Origin: Promethearchaeota archaeon | Lineage (GTDB): Archaea; Asgardarchaeota; Lokiarchaeia; Sigyniarchaeales; SOKP01 | Length of the DNA: 43,840 nt | Reading direction: 5' to 3' | Assembly: GCA_008080735.1 (NCBI GenBank) | Contig: SHMW01000028.1 | Coordinates: forward strand, 1-43,840 | In this document: piece by piece, positions 1 through 10,247 of the stretch | Layout: every line of letters starts with the position of its first letter | Numbering within the stretch: the stretch's first letter is position 1 | Notes under the pieces: generated by a model | Told to the model about the DNA's origin: nothing | What the model saw: the letters and a program-made list of their open reading frames with translations, nothing else | Database searches by the model: none | Program-made: the position numbers and the translations under genes

Positions 1-72
1 AATCGTCGAGATAAAAGAAAGTGTTGTCAGTATAAAAATCAGTCCAAGCGATATTTTCTTTCTTGTATTCAT
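1..72 (-). CDS. 5' end of a secreted/membrane protein, truncated by the window edge
   Basis: ATG at 72 reads MNTRKKISLGLIFILTTLSFISTI and stays open to the edge; the basic N-region plus hydrophobic stretch look like a signal peptide. Confidence 0.65.
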   Translation of the reverse strand, partial: MNTRKKISLGLIFILTTLSFISTI

Positions 73-328
73 CCTTTAGCGAACTCTTTTTTTGTAAGAT
101 TTTTTTATTGTTATTTTGTGAATAAACTAAATTCATAATTAAAACTCTAGATTAAAAGTTATAGAAATAGTTAAATTTATAGAAACATGATTTTAATTGT
201 TTTAAAGACATATATTTAGAGATCTAAAAACAGATGTTAAACCTTAATTGTCTTAACAAGTTAAAATCATACTGAAGACAAATTTAATTAGATTTAATTA
301 AAGAAATAAGAATGGTATTATATCTAAG

Positions 329-622
329 TTAAATACAATTGTTTTGAATATAATTCCGGATATTGCCTTTAGTAATGCTCTCTTTCTGAAATTCTACATC
401 CGTGGTGCATGCGAGCTCATTTTGTTTATAGATATTAATTCTGAGGGCATTATTTAATTCTTTGGTACGAACTTCTAAATCCTCCCCCATTCTGCCTTTC
501 ATGATGAATTTATCTATATTTTCGATCTTGATTTCCTTTTCTTTATATTTCAAATGATCGTCATATATTTGGCCTCTGTGGTGTTTCCTCATACATAAAG
601 TGCAATAATACGGTTTTGCCAT
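329..622 (-). CDS. Small hypothetical protein with N-terminal Cys2His2-like metal-binding motif
   Basis: YYCTLCMRKHHRGQIYDDH; GTGAG SD-like sequence upstream. Confidence 0.6.
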   Translation of the reverse strand: MAKPYYCTLCMRKHHRGQIYDDHLKYKEKEIKIENIDKFIMKGRMGEDLEVRTKELNNALRINIYKQNELACTTDVEFQKESITKGNIRNYIQNNCI

Positions 623-983
623 TCTTACTCACTTCTATTCATGGTATTTCAAATTCAGATATTATAATAATACGAATTCTATTTAAATTAGGGGATTCTG
701 AAAAATTTTTATAATAGTATCACGAAATTCCCTTCTTTATATGCGAACGAGTAATCTTTTGTTATAAAAAGAGTTTCTAAATTTTTCACATTATGTTATT
801 CAAAATAGAAAAATTGTTAAGATTTCCCTAAAAGATAATGAAGTTTTGTATTTTTCAGCATTTCGCCAATACTTGTGAATTCAATTTCACAATAAAGAAC
901 TTTAAAAACAAACCTTAATTACCCCAAATAAGTTATGAAAATCGAAAGCATTACTTTCAAATCAAAATAGGAAAAGTGATGAT

Positions 984-1385
984 ATGTCAGACGACGAGTT
1001 AGAGAAAATAAGAAGACAAAAACTTGAAAATTATATGAAACTTCAATCGATGCCTCAGGGCATTATAAAGATTCACACACCACAAGAGTACGAACAACTC
1101 ATCAATGAACATCCCTCAGCAATACTTATCATTGATTTTTGGGCAGAGTGGTGCGGACCGTGTAAAAATTTTGCTCCAGTATTTGAAAAACTTCAGAACG
1201 AATACGGAAATGAGTTTATTTTTGCTAAGGTAGATGTTGATGAGAATGGTAGTTTAGCCCAGAGATTCGGGATAACTGGGATTCCTACGACAGTATTTAT
1301 TCAAAACGGTAATTTAATAAATAAAGTTGTCGGAGCGATGGGCTACAATGGGATGAAAAACGTTTTAGAAAAACTGAAATCTTGA
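984..1385 (+). CDS. trxA: Thioredoxin with N-terminal helical extension
   Basis: IDFWAEWCGPC active site, GIPT cis-Pro motif, archaeal-type DELEKIRRQKL N-terminus. Confidence 0.95.
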   Translation: MSDDELEKIRRQKLENYMKLQSMPQGIIKIHTPQEYEQLINEHPSAILIIDFWAEWCGPCKNFAPVFEKLQNEYGNEFIFAKVDVDENGSLAQRFGITGIPTTVFIQNGNLINKVVGAMGYNGMKNVLEKLKS

Positions 1386-1478
1386 GACCAATAAGACCGA
1401 CAACTCATTTTCAAGTCATATATATTTTATATTAAATCAACCAATCTATATGTGTTATTTGCAAGGTGAATATTTTTT

Positions 1479-1964
1479 ATGGAAAGTATTTCAAGCCAAT
1501 TAGAAGAGATGGAACGGATTGATATTGAAAAACTGCGAGAGAAGGATGTATTTAAGAGTAAAAAGCTATTCAATTGTATTCTTGGACTAAATGATTTAGA
1601 GACGCAAGTATTTGCATATTTACTAAACAATAGCGACGTGGGAACATCGGAGCTGACAGATTTTTTTGATATGGACAGAAGTTCAATTCAACGCGCATTG
1701 CAGGCATTATATGATATGAACTTGATAAGCAGAGAATCTATGAGTCTGAAAAAGTATTCAAATCTTAAGAATTTAAAGCATCTAAAAAAACGAGGGTATC
1801 TTTATGTGTATAATGCCAATGATATCAAAGAGATCAAGAAACGGATGAAATTCCTCTTAAAAAAATGGTATGAATCAATGGATCGCTATATCGACTCAAT
1901 AGATTCATTATTTGACTGTTATGAGGAAAATGGCGAATTATGCTCTGAATTTGAGTTTAAATAA
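1479..1964 (+). CDS. TrmB-like winged-helix transcriptional regulator
   Basis: CILGLNDLETQVF...ELTDFFDMDRSSIQRALQALYDMNLISR...RGYLYVY pattern of archaeal wHTH regulators. Confidence 0.85.
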   Translation: MESISSQLEEMERIDIEKLREKDVFKSKKLFNCILGLNDLETQVFAYLLNNSDVGTSELTDFFDMDRSSIQRALQALYDMNLISRESMSLKKYSNLKNLKHLKKRGYLYVYNANDIKEIKKRMKFLLKKWYESMDRYIDSIDSLFDCYEENGELCSEFEFK

Positions 1965-2065
1965 CTAAACCATTCCTTTCGCACTAGTCAGAAAGTTATA
2001 CCCAATATCAAAGTTGTCCAATTGAAAGAGCAAATTTTTTAACAGAGTCCCATCTAGTTTCATAT

Positions 2066-3412
2066 ATGGAAAAGCAACCTCGAAATTCTTCAATACTATC
2101 CATCATCCTTTTTGTAGTTATAATTTCTTTTGTATATTCAACACAGTATATGATCTCTCCCAATTTAGAGCTAATTTCCATCTATTTTGGGTTTGGTGGG
2201 AATACCAGCCCGCTCGGCGTTCTTACTTTCTCTTATACAATCATTTCGGGAATTTCAATCATTATATTTGGCTATCTCGCGGATAAAGTAATCCGAAAAT
2301 GGATTGTATTTGGGGGGAGCGTTCTTTTTTCCATCTTCTCCTTGTTAACGATCTTCGTACCTTCGGGATTTTCCGGATATGTTATGTTTTTCTTGCTCAC
2401 TTCCGTTAATGCGATTGGTTTCGGTGCGATTATTCCCTCAATCTTCTCACTCATTGGGGATCTCATCTCTCAAACGGAACGCTCGAAAGGGTTTTCATTC
2501 TTTTCTATCGCATCCTTGATTGGAACTGCGCTGGGGCTAGTGTTGGCGACTATCGCAGGTTCTATCGATTGGAGGATTGCATATCTTATCGCGGGAGTTG
2601 CGGGAATTATTACGACAATTCTCATACTCTTTTTCAGAGAACCATCTAGAATTGGCAAAGATTACGCTGGAATGGTTGAAGAGGAGATGGTAACATATTC
2701 TTATCGCATTAAAATCTCTGATCTCCACGAGATTTTTCAAAAAAAATCGAATGTATGGTTAGTGATTAATTTCGTGGATACAATTCCGACAGGTATAATC
2801 ATTTTTTTATTATTTGAATATATGAAACAATACCATAACATCCCCAACGACATTTCCCTTATTTTCCTCGCGTTGATTTTATTAAGCACACTTATCGGAA
2901 CAATTATCTTTGGATTTGTGGGGGACAATTTGTTTAAGAAAGGGAATAAGAAAGCTCGTGTCCATTTGGCTCTATTTGGGAATATTTTTCCGATCCCATT
3001 CTTATTCATCGCGCTTTTAATCCCTTTCCAGGTGGCGGACCCGAGTTCGATTTTAAACGTGTTATCCACCCCTGGCGTGATTATTTGGGTGGTGCTTTTT
3101 GCTGTCGGGCTATTCGCGAATGGTGCGGTCAATGGAAACTGGTACGCCACCGTTGCGGATATCAACTTGCCGGAAAATCGGGGCACCGTACTCGCAACGA
3201 CAAATTTCTTTGATATTATAGGAAGAGCTATTGGCCCACTGATAGGAGCTTTTGTCGCAGATGCCCTCAACTATGTTGCCGGGATGATGATGTCAATTAT
3301 TTTTTGGATTTTCATCCCGTTTTTTTGGATACCCGTATTGAGAAATGTAGTCGATGATATGACACAAACCCAAAAAACCTTTGAAGAGAGATTAAAAGAC
3401 TTAAAATCCTAA
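2066..3412 (+). CDS. MFS transporter
   Basis: About 12 hydrophobic segments; motif A-like GYLADKVIRK; PENRG loop. Confidence 0.92.
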   Translation: MEKQPRNSSILSIILFVVIISFVYSTQYMISPNLELISIYFGFGGNTSPLGVLTFSYTIISGISIIIFGYLADKVIRKWIVFGGSVLFSIFSLLTIFVPSGFSGYVMFFLLTSVNAIGFGAIIPSIFSLIGDLISQTERSKGFSFFSIASLIGTALGLVLATIAGSIDWRIAYLIAGVAGIITTILILFFREPSRIGKDYAGMVEEEMVTYSYRIKISDLHEIFQKKSNVWLVINFVDTIPTGIIIFLLFEYMKQYHNIPNDISLIFLALILLSTLIGTIIFGFVGDNLFKKGNKKARVHLALFGNIFPIPFLFIALLIPFQVADPSSILNVLSTPGVIIWVVLFAVGLFANGAVNGNWYATVADINLPENRGTVLATTNFFDIIGRAIGPLIGAFVADALNYVAGMMMSIIFWIFIPFFWIPVLRNVVDDMTQTQKTFEERLKDLKS

Positions 3413-3523
3413 AATAAAACTATTATTTTTTTATTAGGTTTCTTTCACAAGAGAAACTAAACGGCTAAAAAGGAATAGAAGATAAGAAAAAAAAATAAAA
3501 ATAAATCTAAGTATGACTGGTTT

Positions 3524-5392
3524 TTATTCATTTTTATTCATTTGTCTTGAGATATAAATTCCCGCTATAAGAATTATCGTGGCCGTTAGAGGGAGAAATA
3601 CCATTGGCAGGAAGCCCGGAATATACATGTCCTCTTCTTTAGTAGTGAAGGAGAATTGAGCCGAGACCGTATTCACCAAACCATCTGATACGTTTACAAA
3701 CCATTTGTATTCTGTATTGTATTCTAAATCGCTCCAAGTCAATGAGACTACTTCTGGTTCGCTACTCGAGACCGTCTCAAACCCAAGAGCAAAGGGAGTA
3801 CCCGAGGTATTATCATAGAAATGGATTATTAAATCTTGTCCATTCACATCCGAAACACTAACTCGTAGTATGGGATTAAGATCTACGTTCGTAGCGCCAT
3901 TCGATGGACTTTCTGCGCCTACTGAGGGAGGAGTATTCGGTATTGTGGTAAATTGCCATTCATCTGAGGTCGTATTCTCTAAACCATCTGATACATTTAC
4001 GAACCATCTATATTGCGTGTCATAAGAAAGCCCATTCCAATCAAATGAGGCTTTTGAAGGGCCACCATCCATTATATTGTCCATTCCAAGAAGATTTGGA
4101 TTGTCCGAAGAATTATCATAGAAATAGATCATCAAATCGTGCCCATTCGCATCTGATACGTCCACTTCTAATGTGGGGTTAAGATCTACGTTCGTAGCGC
4201 CATTCGATGGACTCGGATTAGTAATCTCTGGGGGCGAATTGAAGAAAAACACCCTTGAATACACACCATAACTTCCATCTGGGTCTTGTCCCTGGCTTTC
4301 CCAAGCTATTGCAACACGATCCTCAGAAAGGGAAGCAATAGATGGCGATTTTTGATCATCATTTGTATATTTATTTACCCTAAATTCAATTGTTTGATTA
4401 GTCATTTCCGTCTTATCAAATACCGTCGCGTATATACCATAACTTCCATCTGGGTCTTGCCCTTCGCTTTGCCAGGATATAATAAATGTATCCTCAGAAA
4501 GGGCGCCAACCGAAGGATACCATTGCAGATCATTACTATAATGATTTATTCTAACTTCTTGCGTAATATTATTACCAGTTGTCGCGTTAAACACAGATGC
4601 ATAGACACCCACGCTATTATCGGGATCTTGGTTTTGACTTGACCAAGCGACTGCAAATGAGTCCTCTGAAAGTGCACAGAGGGAAGGATTCGCTTGATTA
4701 TCTTGATAATAATCATTAATGCGAAATTCTTTAGTTATATTTATACCTGTCAGAGTATCAAATATTTTTGCATAGATACCCCCGCTGTTATCGGGATCCT
4801 GGCTTTGACTTGTCCATACCACTACAAGTTTATTATTTGAAAGAGCACATATTTCTGGGGACGACTGAGAAAAGTTAATAAAATCATTCACACGAGTTTC
4901 AGAAGTTATATTCTGAGTTGTTGTCGCATTAAAGAATGACATATATACCCCAAGACTTCCATCAGGATCTTGAGTTGAGCTTGCCCAAGCGACTGCAAAT
5001 GAGTCCTCTGAAAGTGCACAGACCTTGGGAACCTGTTGCAACCCATCTGTATGTTGATTAATACGAAATTCTTTAGTTAGGTTCATTCCTGTTGACGCAT
5101 TGATGATTGTTGCGTAAACACCCAAACCAAATCCATCTTGAAGATTACTTTGCCATACAATAACAAGTTTTTCATCAGATAATGAACTAATAGAAGCACC
5201 ACTTTGACTGAAGTCCGTAAAACTATTTACTCGAAATTCATCAACTTGAACAACAACACTTAACGATTCTGTAGACGATAACTTTATAGATTTTGGATTA
5301 GGCAATTCCATTTTATTTATTTGGCTCATCCCCATTACAATTAAGGAACTAAGAGCTATTAAAGCGAACACATAATATTTATTTTTTTTCAT
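3524..5392 (-). CDS. Cell-surface glycoprotein: six ~57-aa beta-propeller-like repeats, two ~100-aa Ig/FnIII-like repeats, Loki-CTERM-type anchor
   Basis: Signal peptide; 6x EFR(V/I)N..Q..P....LS....V.W.S..QD...G(V/I)Y; 2x SPSNGATNVDLNP...WFVNVSDG; C-terminal IPGF + TM + basic tail; many NxS/T sequons. Confidence 0.85.
   Translation of the reverse strand: MKKNKYYVFALIALSSLIVMGMSQINKMELPNPKSIKLSSTESLSVVVQVDEFRVNSFTDFSQSGASISSLSDEKLVIVWQSNLQDGFGLGVYATIINASTGMNLTKEFRINQHTDGLQQVPKVCALSEDSFAVAWASSTQDPDGSLGVYMSFFNATTTQNITSETRVNDFINFSQSSPEICALSNNKLVVVWTSQSQDPDNSGGIYAKIFDTLTGINITKEFRINDYYQDNQANPSLCALSEDSFAVAWSSQNQDPDNSVGVYASVFNATTGNNITQEVRINHYSNDLQWYPSVGALSEDTFIISWQSEGQDPDGSYGIYATVFDKTEMTNQTIEFRVNKYTNDDQKSPSIASLSEDRVAIAWESQGQDPDGSYGVYSRVFFFNSPPEITNPSPSNGATNVDLNPTLEVDVSDANGHDLMIYFYDNSSDNPNLLGMDNIMDGGPSKASFDWNGLSYDTQYRWFVNVSDGLENTTSDEWQFTTIPNTPPSVGAESPSNGATNVDLNPILRVSVSDVNGQDLIIHFYDNTSGTPFALGFETVSSSEPEVVSLTWSDLEYNTEYKWFVNVSDGLVNTVSAQFSFTTKEEDMYIPGFLPMVFLPLTATIILIAGIYISRQMNKNE
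4643..5022. repeat. 38-bp identical intragenic repeat (4643-4680 and 4985-5022)
   Basis: ccaagcgactgcaaatgagtcctctgaaagtgcacaga occurs twice, offset 342 bp (two 57-codon units). Confidence 0.9.
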
Positions 5393-5851
5393 CTTTAATT
5401 TTTTTATTTGGTTTTCTAATGATTATGATTCACTTTTATCCTTATTATAGTTTTCTCTTTTCCCAAGTTTCATTATAAGTTTAAGATGGAAATTTTAATT
5501 GTCATTAATATTATCATATTGGTATTTAATAAAATTTGAAGGAAATGATTATTTTTATGTTTATATTAACTCCATAATACCAAATAAACCAGATTTAGAC
5601 AAAAATTTATATCTCTAAATTTGTTTTTGGCAGATATCCGTTTACATTTATGTCAATCAATCATATAAAATGAACTTTACATATTTTGTTTCTCAGCAAG
5701 GAGACTAATTTCAATTCCCATATTTACTTGGAGGAATTAAAAAAAATTATTGCCATAATTCTAAGAGATTATGCCTTAAACTAGCCGAAAGTTCAAAAAC
5801 TATTTACCTTTAAAATGAATAATATTGATTAAACTGAACAAATAAAAACGA

Positions 5852-7420
5852 ATGAACACCATGGAGAGTTCAATTTCCTACTGGTTTCGAAAAGTGTTTG
5901 TTAGAGATGTTGATCTCTCCAAACGTGGATTTTTTTACTTTTTTATTGGATTTTCCCACTGGATTTTTATTTTAGACTTTATTCTTTCTCATTTTATTAG
6001 TTTTAATACCGATGAAATGTTTTCTCTGGTGAATATCGTCGCAATAATCGTATTTATCCTAACATTCGCCTTGGCGGGTTTTCTTGTCGATAAGATCAAG
6101 CGACGGATGAGATTCTTGGTTATACTTTCTTCTCTAATCTCTCTTTCGGCGGTTCTCTTGTTCTATGATGAATTAGTATATACTATTTTCCCAATCTCAT
6201 CGTTACTTTTTGCTTCGGGAATCTATCTTATTGACCTCTTAACTGTATTTACTCATGAAACAACCATCTTAAATAGGGGGCGCCTTCTCAGCTATTTACT
6301 CATTATCTCCTTCATTATTTCACATCTTCTAATTGTTTTGATAAATCTTGATATAATGGCGTTTGTCATCATAAATATCACATTCTTGGCAATAGAATTC
6401 GCAATTTCCAGAGTTTATAGCTACGTGGAAACAGAGGAGCGCTTAACCTCAGATCATAGTTTTAAGGAGATTCTCTTAGAGAAATCGCATTTGGGCTATT
6501 TATTAGCATTTTTGAGTTTAGGCTATACCATCGGAAATGCCTTTGAATTCAACGCGCCCCTTTTTACGAACCCCTTTTTTTTCTTCAGTTTATTACTCGT
6601 CGCAGTCGGGATCACAGGAATTTTCTTGGATAACATGGGACGCAAATGGAGTTTTAGTGCGGCAATTTTAATTATCTCGATTTTGATCATTTTTTCCGGG
6701 ATTTTAAGACCAATATTTTCCACTATATTCCTTCCACTTGCCTTACCTATAGCTCTGATTCTCTTATTTGCGTTTACAGGGGACTTTTCGACCGAAAGAA
6801 ATACACTGAAATATAGGGGGGCAATCTCAAGTATTTTCTTGTTTTGCGCAATCTCCGGGTTTCTAGGAGGGATATTCATAAAGATTATTGCTTTGCAAAC
6901 CTTTTTGGCGCATCCAGATCTTTGGTGGATTCCAGAACTGACGAAAGCGATAAATACGCTTCTGTTGATCATTATCTTAGTATGGATCATGCCTCTCCCC
7001 GAGATTTTATCTTCCAAAGAATCCATTTGGGCAGATGCTCTCCGAAATCTCTATGTATTCAACCGCAATTCGCTGTGTATCTATTCAAAAACTTTTGACT
7101 CGAGGAATCAGAGTGCTCTAAGTGAAGATCTTATTACAGGGGGTCTTTCTGGCATTTTGAAATTAATCTCGGAAATTACCAATGAGCGAAAAAATCTGCG
7201 CATAATTGACAAAGATCAAGTAAAACTCTATTTCGAATACGGGAGATATACCGTTCTAGCTCTTACCGCAGACCGATATCTTCCCATATTGTTTAAAAAA
7301 ATGGAGATATTTCTGAAACGCTTCGAACATGAGTTCGAGAAAGAACTGGAAAATTTTCATGGGGAAACCTCTCAGTTTTCGTCCAAGACTGAACTATTGG
7401 TTAATAGGTACTTTAAATGA
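5852..7420 (+). CDS. MFS-like polytopic membrane protein fused to a C-terminal longin-like domain
   Basis: Many TM segments with GFLVDKIKRR and GIFLDNMGRK motif-A-like loops; soluble tail LYVFNRNSLCIYS...EDLITGGLSGILKLISEI...LYFEYG...FLKRFEHEF. Confidence 0.75.
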   Translation: MNTMESSISYWFRKVFVRDVDLSKRGFFYFFIGFSHWIFILDFILSHFISFNTDEMFSLVNIVAIIVFILTFALAGFLVDKIKRRMRFLVILSSLISLSAVLLFYDELVYTIFPISSLLFASGIYLIDLLTVFTHETTILNRGRLLSYLLIISFIISHLLIVLINLDIMAFVIINITFLAIEFAISRVYSYVETEERLTSDHSFKEILLEKSHLGYLLAFLSLGYTIGNAFEFNAPLFTNPFFFFSLLLVAVGITGIFLDNMGRKWSFSAAILIISILIIFSGILRPIFSTIFLPLALPIALILLFAFTGDFSTERNTLKYRGAISSIFLFCAISGFLGGIFIKIIALQTFLAHPDLWWIPELTKAINTLLLIIILVWIMPLPEILSSKESIWADALRNLYVFNRNSLCIYSKTFDSRNQSALSEDLITGGLSGILKLISEITNERKNLRIIDKDQVKLYFEYGRYTVLALTADRYLPILFKKMEIFLKRFEHEFEKELENFHGETSQFSSKTELLVNRYFK

Positions 7421-7555
7421 GAATTTTAATCTATTTATCAAGGTTGGAAAATTTATGTAAGCGGAAATTATAAAATTAGAAAAAGAGAAAAATAAAAAGA
7501 ATAACGGAAAGGCAATTTTAGCAAAATTATCTTAATGGATTTCTAAGATTTACGC

Positions 7556-7834
7556 CTATGCGTTCTTTAAAATGAAAAGCATCGAGTCGTGTGGAATGAA
7601 AAACTCATCTTCTCTCTTGATAATGACTGTATGGAAATATTCAGCTAAACCGAGAAAGCCCCGAATAACGCTCTCATCCTCTTCGAATTCAAATGTCACG
7701 TGAACGATACCATTTTTAGAACTAATTTTGACATCATCGTACACGCGCTCATCGATGAGGGGGATCTTAAGTTCGTTTATAATTTCGAATACTCTCTTAA
7801 CAAAAAGTTCGTCTTTACCCATATTTTTTCCCAC
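7556..7834 (-). CDS. Hypothetical protein
   Basis: 92-aa ORF with globular composition; no motif recognised; start may be the ATG four codons in. Confidence 0.7.
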   Translation of the reverse strand: MGKNMGKDELFVKRVFEIINELKIPLIDERVYDDVKISSKNGIVHVTFEFEEDESVIRGFLGLAEYFHTVIIKREDEFFIPHDSMLFILKNA

Positions 7835-8100
7835 TCTTTTCTATAAGTTGTATTCTGTTTAGTATATAACAATAATAAATTGATGTTTTTTAATTATTAT
7901 TATTTTTTATTTTCTTAGATAATAAATTTTACAATTTTCGAGTATTTAAGAATTTCGAATACTAGTCCTAGCTTCATTTTTCCATTGAGAGATATCATCT
8001 AATATTCTATTATATTGAATTGAAGGAAGGAAAAAATCCACCAAAATGGACAAAACCAGTGAATCAAAGATATTGCTTATTAAGAGGGAAGATTTCAATA

Positions 8101-10002
8101 TTAATCAAGACCGTCAAGATTTAATTCTCTAATTTTATTGACGGTCGGATGTCCAGTTTCTCTGTCCCATCCGCGTTCATCATAATAGTGGTCCAATAGA
8201 GATTCGGCTATTTCCCGGGTTATCTTCACATCCCCTTCGAAGTTTTTAAACTCGAGCTGATGATCTCCGTATTTTAAGGGTTTAAACCACTCGGGCGGAA
8301 ATTTATCATCAGCACGGAAAAATCCTTCTTTTTGGTTTAGAATTCGCAATAGATTCCACGTGCGTTCCGCTGCACTTCTCAGCTGCTCTGGAGTGATATC
8401 AAGTCCCGTGGCAGCATTGTAAAATTTCGCTACAGACTCAATACTATAAAACCGATTCATTTGGGCTCGAGCACACAATCCTAAACTTGTCAGAATCGTG
8501 TACCAATCTTCAGAATAGCGAGTCAATCGGCCTATATCAACCCCCATATCTGGTCTAGGAGGGTTAAATAGACGTGAATATGCTTCTTGCGGAATTCCCA
8601 TCCGAGCAAAATGTCGCCGAAATTTTTCCTTCGTATGTCCCGCGCCTACATAGGTAGGAGAGCCTCCAGAAGCTACATGCGCCCCTTTTGGATTTACTAC
8701 TTGTTCAAACTCCATAGTCCCCATCCTTAAGAAGCGTGGCTCGAACACCACATCGAGACCTTTGATAACAAGCATTTTCTTATCAAGTTCAGGATATGTT
8801 TTTGCTAATGTATTCCAGCCTCCCGCAAGAATATTTCCAAATCCTTCTCGAAAAGCGCACATCTCAATCAAGCGTATTAAAGAATGATAATCTCGTTTCC
8901 AATCGACTCCCGTTTCCGCTTCCGTGAGTGTTCCCTCTTCATTTATCGCTGCCAAAAAGTCTAATAATGCGGTGATAGTCAGAGAATCAAGACCATATCG
9001 ATTAATCAAATCAAACGCTTTAATAGCTTGACCATAGGTTTCCAGCCCATCGAGAGTCAGCATAAGGAAAGGATTAATAACGGAAGAGGTATAATTAGTC
9101 AGTCCAGAAAAGTTTCCCTCTTGAAGTTCCAGAAGGTCCTTATCAGCCATAGGGCACGACGGACAAGCCATCCGTCGATATTTAATTTTTTTCAGATAGG
9201 TGCGTTCATTACATTGCCGAGCCTTCTTTTTCTGCCCTTTGGCAGCTAAGATCATATTAATCGGTAAGGAGCGTAGCATACCTAGTTCATGCCAAGATTT
9301 ACGTTGAGGATAATTAGCAATGCGGTTATATAAGTCACGGTAAAGATTCATAAATTCTTTTGGACGTCCGATGGTAATTCCTTTATTGCCTTGGATGATG
9401 ATTGCTTTAAGATGTTTTGAACCCATTATTGCCCCGAGTCCCCCTCTCCCTAGGGTGGATGTTTTATCAATTAAGGTTAATGCAGAAACCACCATATTTT
9501 CCCCCGCTTGCCCAATCGCGATCACTCCCGAATTTCCGTACTCCTTTTTAAGGATATTGGTGGCTTCTACGATATCTTTGCCCCACAAATGAGTAGCATC
9601 GTTAATCCGTATCTGATCATTGTTTATATGCAAATAGCAAGGCTCGTCAGTTCCTCCTCGGATAATAATGTGATCATATCCCGCTTGTTTCATGTAAAAT
9701 GCAAAACTCATACTCCCGCAGGAATTGGCAATAGCACCAGTCGCGGGAAACTTCGACATCACGACCGTTCGGGAAGCGCCTGGCATAATAGACCCAACTA
9801 AAGGCCCCGTACCAACAATAATTGGGTTATCGGGCGATAAAGGCTCGATTTTAGGTTGGATAAGCTCTGCCGCGAGTCTGCAATTCATCCCAATTCCACC
9901 TACAAATTGCATAAGATCATCCAAGTCTTCTTCTTTAAGGATCGCATTTCCACTTGAAAGATCGATATCGAGGATCTGGCCCGTATAACCGTGCCAATTC
10001 AT
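8101..10002 (-). CDS. aor: Aldehyde:ferredoxin oxidoreductase (AOR/WOR) family protein, divergent
   Basis: GYTGQILDIDLS, PLSPDN, AIGQAGEN, GRGGLGAIMGSKHLKAI, YYDERGWD...GHP motifs. Confidence 0.92.
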   Translation of the reverse strand: MNWHGYTGQILDIDLSSGNAILKEEDLDDLMQFVGGIGMNCRLAAELIQPKIEPLSPDNPIIVGTGPLVGSIMPGASRTVVMSKFPATGAIANSCGSMSFAFYMKQAGYDHIIIRGGTDEPCYLHINNDQIRINDATHLWGKDIVEATNILKKEYGNSGVIAIGQAGENMVVSALTLIDKTSTLGRGGLGAIMGSKHLKAIIIQGNKGITIGRPKEFMNLYRDLYNRIANYPQRKSWHELGMLRSLPINMILAAKGQKKKARQCNERTYLKKIKYRRMACPSCPMADKDLLELQEGNFSGLTNYTSSVINPFLMLTLDGLETYGQAIKAFDLINRYGLDSLTITALLDFLAAINEEGTLTEAETGVDWKRDYHSLIRLIEMCAFREGFGNILAGGWNTLAKTYPELDKKMLVIKGLDVVFEPRFLRMGTMEFEQVVNPKGAHVASGGSPTYVGAGHTKEKFRRHFARMGIPQEAYSRLFNPPRPDMGVDIGRLTRYSEDWYTILTSLGLCARAQMNRFYSIESVAKFYNAATGLDITPEQLRSAAERTWNLLRILNQKEGFFRADDKFPPEWFKPLKYGDHQLEFKNFEGDVKITREIAESLLDHYYDERGWDRETGHPTVNKIRELNLDGLD

Positions 10003-10247
10003 AGCTCCTCATCCTCCACTATTTCGAGCGCCTCGTAGATACAGTGTTCCACACATAAGCCACATCGCTTACAAGATTCCAAAATGTTTAAGCTGGGGTT
10101 TCGACCATATGGATGTCTGATTCGAATATGGGACAAATCGGGGTTAAACTGATGATGGTAGGTGAAAGAGCAGATTAATTGACAAGTACGGCATCCTGTA
10201 CATTTTTCGGGTGTAAACCGTATATTGAAATCGGAATGGATTTGCAT
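9999..10247 (-). CDS. 2x[4Fe-4S] ferredoxin, partner of the AOR
   Basis: CTGCRTCQLIC and CKRCGLCVEHC; 4-bp overlap with the aor start. Confidence 0.92.
   Translation of the reverse strand: MQIHSDFNIRFTPEKCTGCRTCQLICSFTYHHQFNPDLSHIRIRHPYGRNPSLNILESCKRCGLCVEHCIYEALEIVEDEEL

Noticed and set aside
5580-5630. Imperfect inverted repeat in the divergent intergenic region
   Set aside because: Several mismatches and AT-rich; not distinguishable from chance
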